Assembly: GCA_030141605.1 (NCBI GenBank)
Contig: JAQGDQ010000239.1
Coordinates: forward strand, 62,001 to 126,000
Reading direction: 5' to 3'
Length of the DNA: 64,000 nt
Source: Tubiluchus corallicola
Taxonomy: Eukaryota; Animalia; Priapulida
A program made the translations under genes and the position numbers. Below, one piece after another: positions 37,393 to 50,900 of the stretch. Within the stretch, counting starts at the first letter, position 1, and each line of letters opens with the position of its first letter. The notes under the pieces were generated by a model. That model ran no database searches, was not told the DNA's origin, and saw only the letters and a program-made list of their open reading frames with translations.

Positions 37393-38952
37393 GTATTATG
37401 TGTACTGAATAAAAATAATCATGATTATATTTATATATGTTTTGATAGTACCTTGATGGCCATATTTTGTATATCAATAACAAAATCTACTTTTTTATTC
37501 TAAGCCACTATCAGTACTAGTATTCCAGTCTCCTGTTAATCTCATAACAAATAATTCGTAAAAAACAAAATGGTCTGTGTGGTTGACGCTCAATAGTCCA
37601 TTGTAACGTAACAATAAAAAGTCTAACAGTTACAAATGTTTAAAAGGTTGTACGAAACTGTTAAAACCGTAGAAACCAAAGAAACGTAACGTGTTTAAAA
37701 CAAAAACTATTTGAGTTCTGTTTAAAACTATTAAACACAATGCTTCAGAATCAAAAACATTTAAAATGGGAGTTTTTTGATGTTCTAATGTGTTGACACA
37801 GGCTTTTATTTAAACAAAATCGTTGCCACTTATTTATTGCATTTGTTGTACTTAACATCATATTAGTTTCTTTGGCTTCCATTGCTTTTAGTTTGATATT
37901 GCCCTTCTCAAACATTTGTAGAATGGTCTTAGTGGCAAGTGACTGGATGATGAATGTAACGGGTTCATTTCCGTTAATATCCAATTAAGTTGTCTGTATG
38001 TTAAACTTTATTACAACAGTTTTTGGCATTTTCGTCACTATACTCTTCAAGATGTTAGGATTTTTCTACTGTAATATTGCTGCTACATTGATGACTAGAT
38101 ATAAATTTGTTACTTTTTAACTCTTGTGAGCTGGAAAATTTAACATTGTGATTTTCTCAACATCCAATGTTGCACATTTTTCGTCATTTCTTATATATAC
38201 TAGTGTAACATTGGTAGATGCACTGTTATGGTGATTACTGTAGTGCATTGTTAATTGGAATTTTGGAAATAAAGAAGTCAAACACATTTTCTAAAACGTT
38301 TTCCAAACCTGTATTATTACAATTTTCTTATACTTGTCTGTCTTATTTATAAAGTCATATTGAATTAAAACATACGAGTACCAATGCTGAATAAGAAAAA
38401 ATTGCTGGAGTTCACCTAATCTGGTTTCTCGTGACAGCACCTTGTTACAAGTAATTCTAATATGTTCATACAATCTGATATCCATTGAGCTTCAAATTTA
38501 AGTACACCAATTGGTGGGCTAACTGAGTGATCAAAATCTAAACCGTGACATGATTTTCTTTGGTAAACAAGTGTTGAATTTGACTTTTTTGATCCTTGGA
38601 GGAGAAACCTAGTGAGTTGTGGAACTGCTGTTAAGTAAAGTGTCCCCAGCTTCCATATTGATATACACCGTTTTCAATGAAAATGCTGTATCACTTGAAA
38701 ATTCTTGATGTTCATTTCATTGCACAATCAGTTTTTACTACTCTTAAAATCCAATGTTTAAAAAAATAATAAGACAATGCAACCCAAAAATTCACAAACA
38801 GCTATTTTTTATCATTTTGGCTTATCAGACATGAGCAATACACTTGAGTGTTCCACAGAAAAGAATGATAAAAAAGTAAGTGAGTTCACAATGGCGCAGA
38901 TTCAATAGTCCATAAACTTTTACTACTTCGAAATCCCGCGATTTAACTTCAG

Positions 38953-41900
38953 TCACCTTTTGCCTCTCCCAATCTCTCGGTTTCTCCGTTTCATTTTTAC
39001 AGCATGCCTGAGTTTCTGAAAATTCTGTATTCTGTGCTTTCTCTTTCGCTCTTTAAAGATTTCTTGCTTTGTTTTCAGTTCACATTTTGGTTTGACATTC
39101 CTGCTCTTTTGTCCATTTTTGTCTTCAGTTTGTGTCACTTCACCACCAACAAAATTTCTGAAGGATCCTCTTCTTCTATTACCTAGTTTCTTGCGATGAC
39201 CACCAATAATTTTTCCTCCTAAAAATATTTCACAAAATTAAAATATGCAATAACTGTCAGAAGTTTGCAGTCAAGACAGAAAAAACTTGGAAATTAATGA
39301 AAAACAACTGACCCTTGAAATTGTCATTAACGTCAGCATCATCGTCTTCATCACCTTCTCTGTTTGTCACCTTGTTCTTTTCTAACCATTCTTGATAGCT
39401 ATCATTGTTATATAAAGTAGATATAACTGTGTAAATATGTCGCACAACATTTAACTACAAACTGGAAATTAACTGGTCCCTCCGAAAAGACTATTCGTTG
39501 TCAAAGTGTGCCGACAAAGTTAGAAATTAACTGCTCTATTAAAGGATGTTTTACTGTTTTCTTATAGCTTGGCACAATCCAGCACTAACTGGAATCTGTC
39601 TCACTATCAAGGATAAGATGAGGCAATGAACCGGTAAAGTGATCTTAACTATGCCATGTTTGCATGTGTACATACATACTCCCTCATCGAGGTAAACTGC
39701 CTAGAAGCAGTCATCCAACCCATTTTACTGTCCAGACTTCACATCGCTTACCTTTTTGTCACGGGCATACGTCAAAACCAATCAACTATTTCTGTAGCAT
39801 CAATATAGTATTAACCATGATACAACTACACAATAAGCTAAAAGAAATAAATGTGTTCAGTGATGCATTTAATATGTAGTGATAGATATCAATTATTTAA
39901 TTCTGATAAGAGTCACTAATAAAAATTTCATATTACTTTACATTTTTGGCAAACATCAACATGAAGCAAAAACTATGATATAAAAAAAATCACCAGTTTA
40001 CGAAAAAGATACAGTTTTGTTTTGTAAGTTGCAGGTATGTAACGGCCACTCTCTGTTTTTATACGTTTCTTGTTACTGTTTAGAGATCCTTGTTTAATAA
40101 ATCTTTTCCTTTTTCTATCCCTGTAACAAAACCGGAAAATGTCAATATAACATTGATTTAGGGTTTCCAACCCTAAAATTGTAGCCGTCAAAATTCAGAA
40201 GGCTGCATCCCTTTTTTGACGGGATTGAGTATAAGGCTTAGAAAACTCAATTTAGCTATTTTGAGATTTTTGGGAATGATGGTTGGTTTCTTGGAACTGG
40301 ATTTATATTATATAGGAGTCCATGAATATAAAACACGAATGTATGATAGATAAAGTGACAAAGATTCTGGCTTCTCGTTTTTTCCCAATGTTTCCTCTCA
40401 ATAATGATAATGTAGCTGAGTTTAATTACGAACCTAAACAATAACAAACCAACAAGATTTTGCATGTAGCTGTGAAATTGGTGGTCATTTAACCTATTAA
40501 TCCATGTGAACTAAATGACCCAATTTCACAACAACATGTAATTTTTTTTACAATTTGAAAAACATGTTTCTGATATGTTGTTTCGTCAGAAGATTAGACA
40601 TACCACCTTAAAGAAAAAGACAAGTCAGTTAGCATGTTGGGTTTATTTCACTGTTATCATTTAACTTAGAAAAATAGAACGAATGAATTTGCAAAAATCT
40701 ACCTGAAAAACACTAAGTTAATTTATACTACAATCTACCGCTGTATATAAATTGTCAGCATGTTGGTAGCTGTCTTTTACTTGAAAATTATGGCGTAACC
40801 GGGGACTTCATTACATTTCATAAACGCATCATAGTTTTTCGTAAGTGCACGTTGCTTAAACTAATTCAGACTTCTGCAGCTTATCTAATGTTCACCCATA
40901 ACTGTCGCAAAATTAGCTATCGAATTTTTAGGAAAAACTGATTATACTTTTGATGAAAATTGACAATGCGCTGTTTTTATTCAGTCCATAAATGACATCA
41001 TTGGTAGAACATTGGGCCTTCAAAATTGAAGCATCCAAGCATGAAATGTACAGGACTTCAAAGTGATTTTGTTAATTACGCAAGGCACTTACCACACTTG
41101 AGTTACTAAATATTTTTGACATTTTTTGTGAACATTAAAATAAGCTTAACCCCAGAAGGCATCTTGTTTTCTTTAATAAGTAGCACATGTTGCAGAGTTT
41201 GGATTTCGACTGAAAACAAGTTGCTGTTATCCCAAAATATGAAAATTTACTATTGAAACTCGGGTATTTTTGTCTGTGTTTAATTCCGTACAGTTTTTCA
41301 CAAAGTGAGTTCTAACTGCTTTGAGAATACACTGAATCACAAATATTTTTGCAGATAAAATTACTAGAATTAAATCCAGAAAATCTTGGCCAGGATTAGA
41401 AAATACCATTCCAAAATAAGCAAAATTACAAAATGCCTCAAGATTGGAAATTCTAACCAATATCAGTAAGTCAGTCCATAAACAACATGCATAAACTACA
41501 GGCAAAAAATTCTCACACTATCCCAACTATAAAACAAAAAGCATATTTAAAAGTTCAGAAACAATTTTAATGTTTTTTTTTACTACAGAACTTTCATGTT
41601 CTATTCTGCTCATTATTTGGAAGAGTTCAAGAAGAAATGAAGCACATTGGCATGTAAAAAGAAGTAAATACAAATGGTATTTCTCAACGTCAATGCACTA
41701 CTATTTCCTTAACACCATATTCATCCAAAAATGTAAGCAAGTCTGCATACAGCTTACCAAATCATTTGTCCCTTTTGCTTTCTTATGAGTTGAGCCTCAT
41801 CGCCGATAATATCTAATTCGGCACTTGTGGCTTGCTGTTCGAAACCTCTTTTGTCTATACCCAATCTAGAAAAGAAAACATTCTAAGATTTTCAACAGCG

Positions 41901-44900
41901 TACTGTAAGTGTAATGGTTATTAAACAAGTCCAGAGTTATATAACGCAAATAAAATGTTTTAAGTTGTTGAGAAATAAATTCTTATTACATACATGGAAC
42001 CCTCTAGGTGGTGTACTTTTGCTAAAAAAAAGGTGAGCTTTTTAACTGACAGCAGCTCTATCAAAAATACAAAACTATATTTGTTGCACAACTCTAATAC
42101 TTACTCTGGCTCAGAATTGTGATCCAAACTGACAGCAGCTCTATCAAAAATACAAAACTATATTTGTTATACAACTCTAATACTTACTCTTGCTCAGAAT
42201 TGTGATCCAATGATTTATAAGGAATGAAGAACTCTTTATCAACAAATCTTCTCTTTTCTAATGACTTGGTAGCTTGGAGATTTTGACTCTTGCATCTTGG
42301 AGCTATAACCTCACAAAAGGTTTCCTAAAAACAATAAAAATCATTTTGTGAATTTTTAATCAAATCAAAAGTAAAACATGAGATGTGAAATAACCTTGTA
42401 TTTTAGAGTTCTATAATATAAACTATGAATTTATATGTAGCTAGTTTCTAGATTTACATCACATCAAAGTTACAATCGAACATAGCAAATACCATAAAAA
42501 ACAAAATGCGGAAAAATTTGACAATCATAATACAACATCTTACACTTTGGAAAACAATCAACTGAAATCAGAAAACCCAGCCTCCATTGCATTAAGTAGC
42601 TTACCTTTATTTGGAAATCAGTGCTCATTTCTTGTTCATCTTCCTCTTTTTCATTCTGATGCTCAATTTGTTTATCTACTTCAATGCTTTGTCTTTCTCT
42701 TGTTTTGAATATCGTCACAGAGTGCACCTTCCTCTTTTCCTTCATTACTTGAAAACTTGCGGACTTTGCTTTTGATTTCATTTCAAACACAGTCTAAAAA
42801 GTATGGGTGCATTTTGTCACCAATTAAGCTCAAAGCGGCTACACAGTGCACACACAAGGCAAAATAAAAAAACGAGTTATGACCTTAGTGAGAAGAATAT
42901 CTTTTCTAGCTAAATATAACATTGTGTTTAATATATGAACTTTATGATATAATGAACCAGTGATTCCACATCAGAAGGCAGTGTGTCCAAATCGCATCAG
43001 GAATAATTTTCAGTTTTAATTACTATTTTTAACTTTATAAAAAACTAACTGCTCTACAATCTGAGGTAGTGCCTTTTCTCTGAAATAACCAATAACAAAT
43101 TGTGTCAGTGGCATTGGAACAGTTTGTAGTGCTTGGGAAGGCACTTGACTTTGTCACCCCTCCCATGAAAAATGCAATATAACAAAGCAATATCTTTGTG
43201 ATTTTAGATTTGTAAAAAATTACCGGTGTTGCATTGCAGTTGCGATGAGTTGTGAACATAAATTTAATAATAAAGCACTACTGAAATGTTGTAAAGAAGT
43301 AAATTCTCCCTGCATGCTTCAAAGGTTACGACAGGCGCACTTGATCACAGTTTTTTTCAAATGTTAAAGCAAAACCAGAACCCAATGTTAACCTGTAGGT
43401 CAAAACAAGTCATTCTTTAAAATATTGAAAAGAAACATACTATTTTTTAAGGAATGATTTATGTAAAAAAATTATTACCGCACAAATGCATTTTAGCATT
43501 TCGCCACTAGTTATTCATGTTGCATGCATTTCGCCAAAAACAGGTGCTGTACCTCTCAGTTCAGATGTGTTAATATGAGACGAACTGCACACGTTCGACA
43601 GCTGACGTGCAAGTGCAGCTGTAAATCTAAAATTTGAATTTTTATTTCAAAACTTGCTGAGTTTTAGTACAACACACAGAATCTCTTACAGTAGCACTGT
43701 ACTTCAATTTTCGCTTTTGCGAACACGCGCAACACGTTCATGGAATTTTGTGCTGTTCAAAATTATGTTAGTTTGTTATATCATCAATAGTTGGCTTGCC
43801 CACTATTAATTAAGATTTTAATCTATTACAGAATTATCAGAAATGCTTTTGCAGTATTATTGGGCTTGAATGTATACATTTTTACCGTACTTGAAAATGG
43901 GGCAGTATATGAAAAATCGTTCTGTCAACCTTTAACACAGGAAAGAACAGATTATAAATGTACTTCAAAGTTAACCCAAGAAGTGTACAGAAATTTTGAA
44001 AACAAAAAACTATGTAAACATTACAAAAATATTAAATTACTAATTACGCAGGTTTCTTTGATGCAAACTTTTGATAGCGGGGCTGTAAGCAGCGCTTTTG
44101 TGAAAAATTAAATTGTCTTAGTTGTTTTGGCTTTCTACTGTTCCAATAGAATCGATATTTTCACTTGATTAAAGATCTGAAAAATACCACCCAGCGAAGA
44201 CCTTCTTAGCAATACCACCATATTATGTAAAAGAGAACAACAATGCCATACCGGGACAAGCCTATTTATAGATTAGTTCTCAAGCAAGTAACCAAAAACA
44301 TCCAGCAATAGTTATAAACCATTTTGGCTCCTCACAGCATATAAGTGACTGACACACTTTATTTTCTTTATGTTACACATTTACTAAATGAGGTTTAAAA
44401 AAATCCGATGTGCAAAGATTAGTAATGTTCAATACGTACTGACTGAGGTCTGTACTTCTGTATGGACGAAACTAGCTTCTGCCGTTGATTCTCGCTCTCA
44501 TCAACGCATGTAAATAATGGATGTGTTCCCACTGTCATGTTAAGTAAATGTTCTTTTGCACGTTTACAAGATTCCGGTGAAGCTGGTGGGCGTGATTTTA
44601 TATACTGCTTCATGGCATTAGAGGACACTTTCTTCATACTAGCCTGAAAACAAAAACTCTAAAAAATAAAATGGGTAATGAATTGAAGAAAAAAGGAGAA
44701 GCTGAAAAATTGTGAACCAATCCCAATTGGACCTTCCAAACACTGCCACCTGAGCTACCACTAACAAAACTAGTAGTTCAGTTAGGACAGCATGGGTGGT
44801 CTAATCCCAGGTCTTGGGTTCAAGTCCCAAACTGCCTCGCCATTTTTCAGCAACTCCTTACCCACTATGGGTAACAACTTTTACCAATGGGTAGCATCTG

Positions 44901-47900
44901 GACATTTACATATTCAATTGCTGGTATGATGATGCTAGCATAAAGTTTTTCACATGTTGCATGCGGTTAAAACTGGCTCACGTATCGTAAGTTATTCAAA
45001 CTCCGGTTTGTTTTTTCTATAATTTTACTGATATGAGGTGTCCAGCTTAGAACACTCGCAAGCACAATACCTAGATGCTTATGGCTTTTAATCGTGTTTA
45101 ATAGAATATTGCATATATAGAAAAGGAAAGTTACGTGGTGTTGCTTTATGGGAAAAGATCAAAACATCAGTTTCTGTTGGATTGAGTGAAACTGAAACTA
45201 GCAACTGAGTAGCCCATTCATTTTTGGATTATTTTAAGATCAGAATTCAAATGCTGTGCTGATGCGGGTTTGCCGGCAAATAAGCCAAATAATGAAGTGT
45301 CATCCGCATATAAACAGATATCACATTTAATATTTTCCGTGATATTGTCAATGAAGACTAAAAACAATAGGAATACGAGAATAGAGCCCTGGGGTACTCC
45401 AGCATGCAGAGTTTGTATATCAGACATCATACTGTCAACTACTACTCTTTGTGTGAGTGTTTACAGAGATAACCTGAAAGCTATTTTAGTGACATCAATG
45501 CCATACTGTTTTAATTTGAAAATAAGCCCTTTTGCCAAACTTTATCAAATGCCTCACTGATACCATACCAAATCAAAATTTTGTGCATGCCATGACCTCA
45601 ACTGTTCCATTTCTTCATCAATCAAATTCTGTGGGACAAGTCCATAAATACCATCTTCGTCTAAATAAATATAGAGAAACATTAAATACTTTCCTTAATT
45701 TATGCAAAAAGTTTTAGCTCCTACATAAGTGTTTTTTACTACCAATGTAAGAAAGTCTCAAAAATTCTTCTTTTATGGTTATCAGTTTTCAAGTCAAAAG
45801 TTGTTTCTTAACAAGGTCTCTCCACTTGATTTGAAATACCTACTGACAACAATTTGTTTAATTCTCTTTGGTTCCATACTGCAGCATGATGAGTCAAGCA
45901 AGTCAGGCAGTGAGAACAATGACTATGAGAACATCAACAGCAGAAACAAAACATTGAAAGACATCAATTAAGAAACTCGCTAAAACTTGGATAAAAATTA
46001 ACTACTGTTGAATCAACATTGACTTTAGTCGATAACCTACTGGACCATTTAGCTTAAGTTTGCAAATTTGCAAATGTGTACAGTTTTCCAATAAAAATGT
46101 TAAATTGTAAAGGAGACACGCTAGCAAAAACAAATAAATAAGAACTTTTTTATTACTAATATCATTAACTAATTAATTTACATACCCGAAATTTTACTGA
46201 CAGCATACTTTAAAGGCCTCCCAAGATATAAATGCAAATCTAACATGTAGGGAAGTTCATCATTTGCTATAAGTGAATATGAATTACCAGCACGACCTGC
46301 TCTGGCAACACGACCTACAAAAATTTCAAAAATTCAATACATATGTGTGTGTGCGTGCGCAGCGTGCGTGCGTGCGGGTGGTTGTTTGTTTGTGGGTGTG
46401 TGTGCGTTTGTGCTTTACATGCACAAAATTCATCCCACCAGTTATGCCAGAACAAATGACCGATCAAAAAAACTTTAGGCAAACATTTCACTAGAAATTG
46501 ACAATGCATATTTTGTACTATAAGTAGTTAATTATACTGTAAAACAAGATACATCTGTATCTTTAAACTTTTTGCGAGTGAGCTTCAAAGTTTAACATAA
46601 TGCCTGCACTGAAACAATACTGTTTGTATTGTAAAAATCCACTGTACAATATTTTTTATTTAAAAACTTCTTCATTACTTATAGCGGTACTTCACCGAAT
46701 CATTGAAAACAACCTTAAACTGTAGGTCAAAGCAATTTACTCTTTAAAATATTGAAAGGAAACATTTTTTCAAAAATGACTTATGTGAAAGAATTAGTAC
46801 CACACAAACACAATTTCTCGTTCGCACCACTAGTTCTTCTCTATCACTTGCACTTCGCCATTTGCTGGTAGATGGACACTAATGCCCATATTTCGGAAAT
46901 CCATTGCACAAAAAACAGGTGCTGTACCTCTCACCCACCTCTCAAATGTGTTAGTTTGTGACGAACAACACACGTTCGATAGCTCATGCATGAGCACTGC
47001 GGTAAATTTGAATTTTTATCTTAAAACTTGCCTAGTTTTGGTACAACATACTGAATATCTTACAGTAGCACTGTATTTCAATTTTTACTTTCGCAAACAC
47101 ATGCAACATTTTCGTGGAATATTTTTGCTGTTGAAAATTATGTTGTGATGTCATCCATAGTTGGGCTCGCTCGCCGTTAATTAAGCTTTTAATCTATTAT
47201 TTAATTATCAAAAATGCTTTGCAGTATTAATTGTGTTAAAATGTATACTTTTCATCAGGCTTGAAAATGGGGTATATGAAAAATCATCCTGTCTTCCGTT
47301 AATTCCACTTGTTCTGCATTCTGTTCACCTTGGTTTTAGCCACTAATTAGGCAAGAACTCAAAAACACAACACATTACAAGCTCACAGTTAACCTAAACT
47401 CACTTTGAAAGCAAGCTTTTAATAAAAATTTTCATGGCCAGTAGAATAAGATGTGGCTATTGCAAACAACAGTACCAGATGCTCTATTTACTTATTTATT
47501 TTCTTTGCTTTTTCGGCAAAGTCAACTAACAAAGAAAAACTTGTACTAGCAATAGTGGCTTGCTGGCTTTTAGTACCGTTGCACCTACCTCTCACACTTT
47601 GAAATAATTTCCAGCACAAAACACTTTTACGGTTGAAGTAGCAATGTAAGTAATACTGTTTCCTTCGAATGAGAAAATTTTTTTTTACTTGGAAAATACG
47701 TGGTATTTACAAAAGTATGAAGCAAAATACTTTTAACAACTGGAAAAAAAATTCGTTTCTTATTTGCTAAGCTCTTCTTTGCTTCCACTGTTAAATAACA
47801 CTAAAACTACTGGCTCTTAAGGGATCTAGAGTTATGAATGGTAACTTACCAACTCTATGGACAAAGAGTTTAGATTTTGCTGGAAAGTTAAAATTAATGC

Positions 47901-50900
47901 AGTTATCAAGCGTTGGTATGTCAATACCACGAGCTGCAATATCAGTTACGAGCATCACCATAGTATTCTTATTTTCAAACTTAGCGATGTTTATTTTTCT
48001 TGCAGTTTGGTCCAGTGAACTGTAGACATAAGAGCAGCACACACCAGCTTTACTCAGAATCTGCAATATTAAAGACCACACGTTTATTGCCACCTAGTCA
48101 AGATATTGTAAATGGGTAACACTTCTATGGTGCAAACTTCTGTAAACTATAGATTTCAAAATTATGTTAATGATGTAATATTTTTGCATATTGTAAGAGC
48201 ATTGTATTTCACTTGTGTAAATAGGTGTATGTGTTGGTATCTGTAACCTGTTCTCACATTACAGTAATTTCAAATTACTCCCTCCAAAATGCTGATCAAT
48301 GAAAATTTGAAGCTATCCTGCATTTGTTTTAGCTGTGAATTAGACAGGGTCCGAGAAAGAGCAGGCTGAGAATTTATTTTCCCAAAAAGCCAACGAGAAA
48401 GTTGCCTGTAAAAATTATAGTTGTGTTATACAATCATGTATTTGTGTATATTTCTTGCAAAATAAAAATTGATTGCACCACTAATTCTTTGCAAAATTTC
48501 TTATAATTTGCAGCATGTAAAGTTATCACTTTATTGTTATAATCTTAAGGTTAAGATCATTATTAATAACATTACAAACCAACAATTAAATTTTGATACC
48601 GAACTTGTAAGATGGGAAATGTGAAAAAGTGGAGGTGCAGACTGGATTTAAACCATAGATTTAATGCTTACACTGTAGCGAAACTGAAATCAATTTAGAT
48701 TTCGACATAATTATTCAATTATGCTAGCAACAGCTGAAATAATTGATAGTATTTGTAATAACTTAGACAAAAATTTAATCACCTATAGCATATTCCTTGA
48801 TCTTACAAAAGCTTTTGACACTATTCAGCATCAAATGATACTAAAGAAACTTGAAAATTACGGCATAAAAGGTACAATCTTGCAGTTACTAAGTTCTTAT
48901 TTGCACAATAGAAGACAGTTCACTAGCATAAACAATACCAATTCTGACATTTCCCTAGTTTCCTGTGGCGTCCCACAAAATTCCACATTAGGCCCACTGT
49001 TATTTCTAATTTATATAAATGACCTGGCTAATTGCTCACATTTTCAAACAAGGTTATTTGCAGATGATACAAACTTATTCTTACATGACTCCAACCTTAC
49101 ACAATTACAACATATCAACAATGAGCTCCACAAAATTAATTCCTGGATGATAGCTAATAAACTCATAGTCGACTACACTAAGACAAAGTACATGTTATTA
49201 TCAAGAAACTCATCAGATTTAAGTAATGACCATTTTACTATTAACATGGGTGACAACATTTTAATAAGGGTTGCCTACATAAAATATTTAGTGCTACATA
49301 TTGAAAACAAACTGACTTGGAATATGCACTCAAAATTTATACTGCACAAACTCAACAAGCTAATTGGATTATTTTCTAAAATACGACATTTTCTTGACAG
49401 AAACACCCTCCGAACCCTTTACTATTCACTTGTGTATCCATATTTTCAGTATTGTATACTCTGTTGGAGATCAGCCAATAAAACTATTTTAAAGCCATTA
49501 TGCATTGCACAAAACAAAATTGTCAAATTAATTACATTTAGTAAATATAGAGATCATGCTACGCATTCATTTGATGTCTTGCAAGTTTTAAATATACATC
49601 AGTTAGAATTAGCTAAATTTACATATAGATATTATACAAATAGTTTACCTAAAATATTTTCTAATTATTAAACTCTAGTCAGTGATATTCATAACTATAG
49701 CACAAGAGCAGCTACCAGAAAGCATTACTTTTTTCCAACATATTCAACAACATATGGGTTAAACTCCATTAGGTATCAAGGAGCAGAACTTTGGAATAAG
49801 TTAGAATTATATATTAAAGACTCCCCATCAGTTTCTTGCATGGCTTCTAAACTTAAAAAGACTCTACTAGTAAATTCTAATAGCATTGACTAACATGACA
49901 TTTATTTAAACTAAGTGGTTTTTACTTGTACTAATAATATTAACTAACTTACCGAATATTAACCTGGACTACAATTATAAAAAATTGCATATAATAGCAG
50001 TGCAAAATATTAGCATATTTAGATGTAAATAAATAAAAAAAGTTCACTAGTGGTGACAGGTTTAACAAACATGGGTATGATACCGATTATTCATGACTAT
50101 CCCCTATGTATATATATGTATATGTATATGCATGTGTGTATATGTATGTGGGTATATGTATGTATATGTATACGTATGTAAGCTTGTACATGCATGTACG
50201 TATGTATTCGTATATGTATATAAATATAAGAAAAAAGTACTTATGTAGGAGTAATACCTTCTTAGTAGTGAAAAGCACTTCCTCTTAAATTTTGTTTATT
50301 TTTTTAAATAATTACCACACAACACTACACTCATGAATATTGTCATTTATCTTTTCTTTTTGTTATGATAATTTGTAGAATATTACAAAGGATCACATGT
50401 CATTGCTTAAGATATACTTAGTGCCTTTTTTCTGTCACTGTATAAATTATAATATTGTTAAATCAAACATTCATTCATCAACTTAACTGCACATATACAT
50501 AAAATTTATGTGTTAATTACCTCAGTTTTTGTTTAGAAACTACTAATTTATGCAATCAAGCTGGTTAAATTAATTTATTATCTGTACTTCATTTCTCACT
50601 AGTGCTGCTTGTAAACATATAATTTTAACATGTTAAAAGAATGGCTGACTTGACGACTTTTTGGTCGGCTTGCTACCCTCTCTCCTTTTCACTTATCACT
50701 AGCAATTATGCTTTATTTACCTATATACTATTCAGCTACTGCTCCCTTATAGACTGGGAGTGGTGAATTGTACATTTGTAAATTGGAGAAAAATAAATAA
50801 ATTTCAATTTCAATTTGTAGATGCAAAGTACCTCAAAGCCAAATTCTGGCTGAAAATTAACCAAAGTAAGAAAATGAATTAGTTATAATCGTCATAGTTT

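Noticed and set aside
50087-50288. Tyr/Val/Met-rich ORFs on both strands
   Set aside because: Translation of a (TATG)n microsatellite.
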